Source: Amphiscolops sp. MND2022 (Eukaryota). Taken from it: a stretch of 64,000 nucleotides of DNA. The stretch is taken from the NCBI GenBank assembly GCA_964187785.1, contig OZ076409.1, forward strand, positions 78,494,001-78,558,000, written 5' to 3'. The position numbers and the translations under genes are program-made. The notes below the pieces were generated by a model, which saw only the letters and a list, made by a program, of their open reading frames with translations, had not been told where the DNA came from and ran no database searches. This document shows, one piece after another, positions 60,742 through 64,000 of the stretch (the stretch's first letter is position 1; the number at the start of each line of letters is the position of its first letter).

Positions 60742-63700
60742 GTACTAATTACTTTTTATTTTCTGTCCATATTTCATATGGAAAAGGAAAATATTTAAAT
60801 CAAAAAGGTTTTTTTTACAAAATTTGCCACGCACAAAATTTATATCCAAGCTAAAGAGTTTCACCCATCGATTTCAATTGACGTAAAACTAGTATCGTGC
60901 GGTATGATTTTGTAGAGATTTTTGGACTTTTTTGGTTGACCCCAAAGACCAAAGATTGACCCTAAAATGACCCCAAAAACAGTAAAAACTTCAAATTTTC
61001 CCGATTTTTGACAATTCTTTGCAATATTTGTCGAATTTTCGATAGATTTCGTGGCTTAAAAAGTTGAAAACGTTCAAAAGGCAAATATTTCGTTATCGAA
61101 GAGTTTTTCGAAGAACAAAATGCAATTTTTCAATTGCAATATGCCTCAAATTGAGACCGAAATTTAAAAATTTTTCAAACATTTCAGATTTTTACCGTTT
61201 TTTTTGCGATTTATGACCTTTTTTTGATACACTTGTCAGCTTAGAAAAATGAAAAGGTTCAACAAAAAAAATTCGTTGTCCAAGGGGCTTCTTCGAGGAG
61301 ATAAACGCAATTTGTTCTTTAAAAATGCCTCAAATTCAGTCCGAATTTGAAAAAAGTCTCAAAAAATTAGATTTTCAGAAATATCATGCAATTTTGTTTA
61401 TTTTTCGGAAAAACTTGGTGACTTAGAATGTTAAAAAGATTCAGCAATGAAGTTGTTTTGGGAAATAAAGGCAGTTTGAAGATTGTCGAAAATCAAAAAA
61501 TTTGCAGTTTTGGTACTTCATCATGTTAATTGAGTACAATTTTCGAACAATTTTATGAGTTAGAAGCTTGAAAACAATCGAAGACGCAATAATAAGGAAT
61601 CTATTTTACTTTTTTTACATCGGAGAAAAACACAGTGTTTCACATCAGAAATGCATCAAAATGTTAAAAATTGAGTCGGAACGTAGAGGTGAATATTCCA
61701 ACGTCTTTGTGCAAAGTCTGTGAGTTTTCGAAACGTTTATAGGGTACTAGAATGGTTCAACAACCAATGCAGTTGGTTTCCAGTTGGCCTTTGTGGGAGG
61801 TACTTGCTGATTTGTGTTTAGAAAATAGCTCAATCTGAACCAAAACTTGTATAAAAAATCGGAAGTTTCCTTTTTTTGACAATGTTAATGATTGTTTGTG
61901 AAACTACATGGCCCTGAAGCACCAGACGATTTACCGCTTTGCAGAACGCATTTTGAAGGAAAACAGGAAAACTTTGTAGTTTACTGGATTGAACATTATG
62001 TCAGAATGACCCAAATGAGTTGAAAATCAAAACTTCCAAAAAACGAACTTTATGGGAAGTTTCGTAATTTTCGTATTATAGAAGAGAGAAAATTTTCAAC
62101 AGCAAACAATTGCGAAAAAGAGTAGAATTTATGAAAGTCAATTGCAGTTTCATTTTCAAAAAGAGCCTCAAAATGACCCCAGAATAACCAAATAGTCAAA
62201 AGTTTTCAAAATTTTTGACAATTGTGACCGAGTTCTCTTTTAGAAGATTTCGTCAATTAAAATTTTCAAAGATTGAGTTAGCATTTGAAAATATTGTCCA
62301 GTAAACATGTTGAAAAAAAAACTTAGTGCAAGTTATCAGAGGAAACTTTCCTCTGATAACTTGCATTCAGCTTTTTTTCAACAAGATTACTGGGCAATAT
62401 TTTCAAATGCTAACTCAACGTTTAAAAATTCTTGTTTAAAAAATTCCGTTGTTGAACGTTTCCATTCTTCCAACGATGGAAACTTCTCGAAAAATTCAGA
62501 AGTTTTCATGAGAAACGTTGACTTTGAATTTTTTTACTTCCGATTCATCAGGGTCATTTTTGAAAAGATTTTGAAGCAGAATACTGTAAATCCCTCTTCA
62601 AAATAGCATACTGCATAGTTAGTTGGTTCGTTTTTGAGTGTATTGAACTTTCTTAATCACAAAAATGTTCAAAAACTGTACACAACTTGCAGGAAAAACG
62701 ACAAACTGGAAAGATTTGACTTTTATTATTTCGGAGTGAAATTGAGGAATCTTCCCAGTTTGTCGTTTTTCCTGCGAGTTGTGTACAATTTTCGCTTTTT
62801 TTGTGATTAAGAAAGTTCAATACTCTCAAAAACGAACCAACTAGCTATGCAGTATGCTATTTTGAAGAGGGAGTTGCAGTATTCTGCTTCAAAATCCTTT
62901 CAAAAATGACCCTGATGAATCGGAAGTGAAAAAATTCAAATTCAACGTTTCTTATGAAAACTTCTGAATTTTTTGAAAAGTTTTCATCGTTGGAAGAATG
63001 AAAACGTTCAACAGCGAACGAATGCGTTATTCAGTAGGCCTTTTGAAGGTCAATTGCAGTTTCACGTTAGATAAGAGCCCCAAAATAACCCCAAAAACCT
63101 ATTATTTGTCAAATTAGTCAATTTTTATTAAAAGTTATCAAAATTTCGTAATATTCAAAAAACCTAATAGGCATACATAATGTTCAAAAAAGAAAATCAC
63201 TTTTTGGTTGACCCCAAAGACCAAAGATTGACCCTAAAATGACCCCAAAAACAGTAAAAACTTCAAATTTTCCCGATTTTTGACAATTCTTTGCAATATT
63301 TGTCGAATTTTCGATAGATTTCGTTGCTTAAAAAGTTGAAAACGTTCAAAAGGCAAATATTTCGTTATCGAAGAGTTTTTCGAAGAACAAAATGCAATTT
63401 TTCAATTGCAATATGCCTCAAATTGAGACCGAAATTTAAACATTTTTCAAACATTTCAGATTTTTACCGTTTTTTTGCGATTTATGACCTTTTTTTGATA
63501 CACTTGTCAGCTTAGAAAAATGAAAAGGTTCAACAAAAAAAATTCGTTGTCCAAGGGGCTTCTTCGAGGTGATAAACGCAATTTGTTCTTTAAAAATGCC
63601 TCAAATTCAGTCCGAATTTGAAAAAAGTCTCAAAAAATTAGATTTTCAGAAATATCATGCAATTTTGTTTATTTTTCGGAAAAACTTGGTGACTTAGAAT

Positions 63701-64000
63701 GTTAAAAAGATTCAGCAATGAAGTTGTTTTGGGAAATAAAGGCAGTTTGAAGATTGTCGAAAATCAAAAAATTTGCAGTTTTGGTACTTCATCATGTTAA
63801 TTGAGTACAATTTTCGAACAATTTTATGAGTTAGAAGCTTGAAAACAATCGAAGACGCAATAATAAGGAATCTATTTTACTTTTTTTACATCGGAGAAAA
63901 ACACAGTGTTTCACATCAGAAATGCATCAAAATGTTAAAAATTGAGTCGGAACGTAGAGGTGAATATTCCAACGTCTTTGTGCAAAGTCTGTGAGTTTTC
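60742..64000. repeat. Mirror-orientation ~184-bp array with internal palindromes and a direct duplication
   Basis: gcctcaaatt at 61143 and 61327; 60926-61729 is repeated at 63199-64000. Confidence 0.7.
62447..63016. repeat. Long inverted repeat (~270-bp arms, ~30-bp spacer)
   Basis: gttgaacgtttccattcttccaacgatg...ctggaaagatt versus aatcttcccag...catcgttggaagaatgaaaacgttcaac. Confidence 0.92.

Overview
AT-rich eukaryotic (metazoan-type) genomic DNA, dominated by transposable elements, with a 200-N assembly gap at 33196-33395. The first ~38 kb holds nested TE remnants: a decayed Ty3/Gypsy LTR element (minus strand, 1-~5430), two 3' fragments of a CRE-like RLE non-LTR element, CR1/L2-like LINEs, a second deleted Gypsy, Helentron/DINE-1-like (HINE) non-autonomous elements, tRNA-derived SINE-like heads and many MITEs. 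Two spliced host genes face each other tail-to-tail: a MAP3K19/YSK4-like kinase (+, ~39219-50721) and the transmembrane half of a cation-type Cys-loop (nAChR-like) receptor (-, 54384-56995 and probably further). The most unusual signal is a cluster of five MITE-like elements at 8-16 kb. Each has a different subterminal repeat motif in its arms, yet all share one hairpin-rich internal core, and one has become a ~1 kb palindrome centred exactly on a core hairpin. All calls come from reading the sequence by eye; no searches were run.
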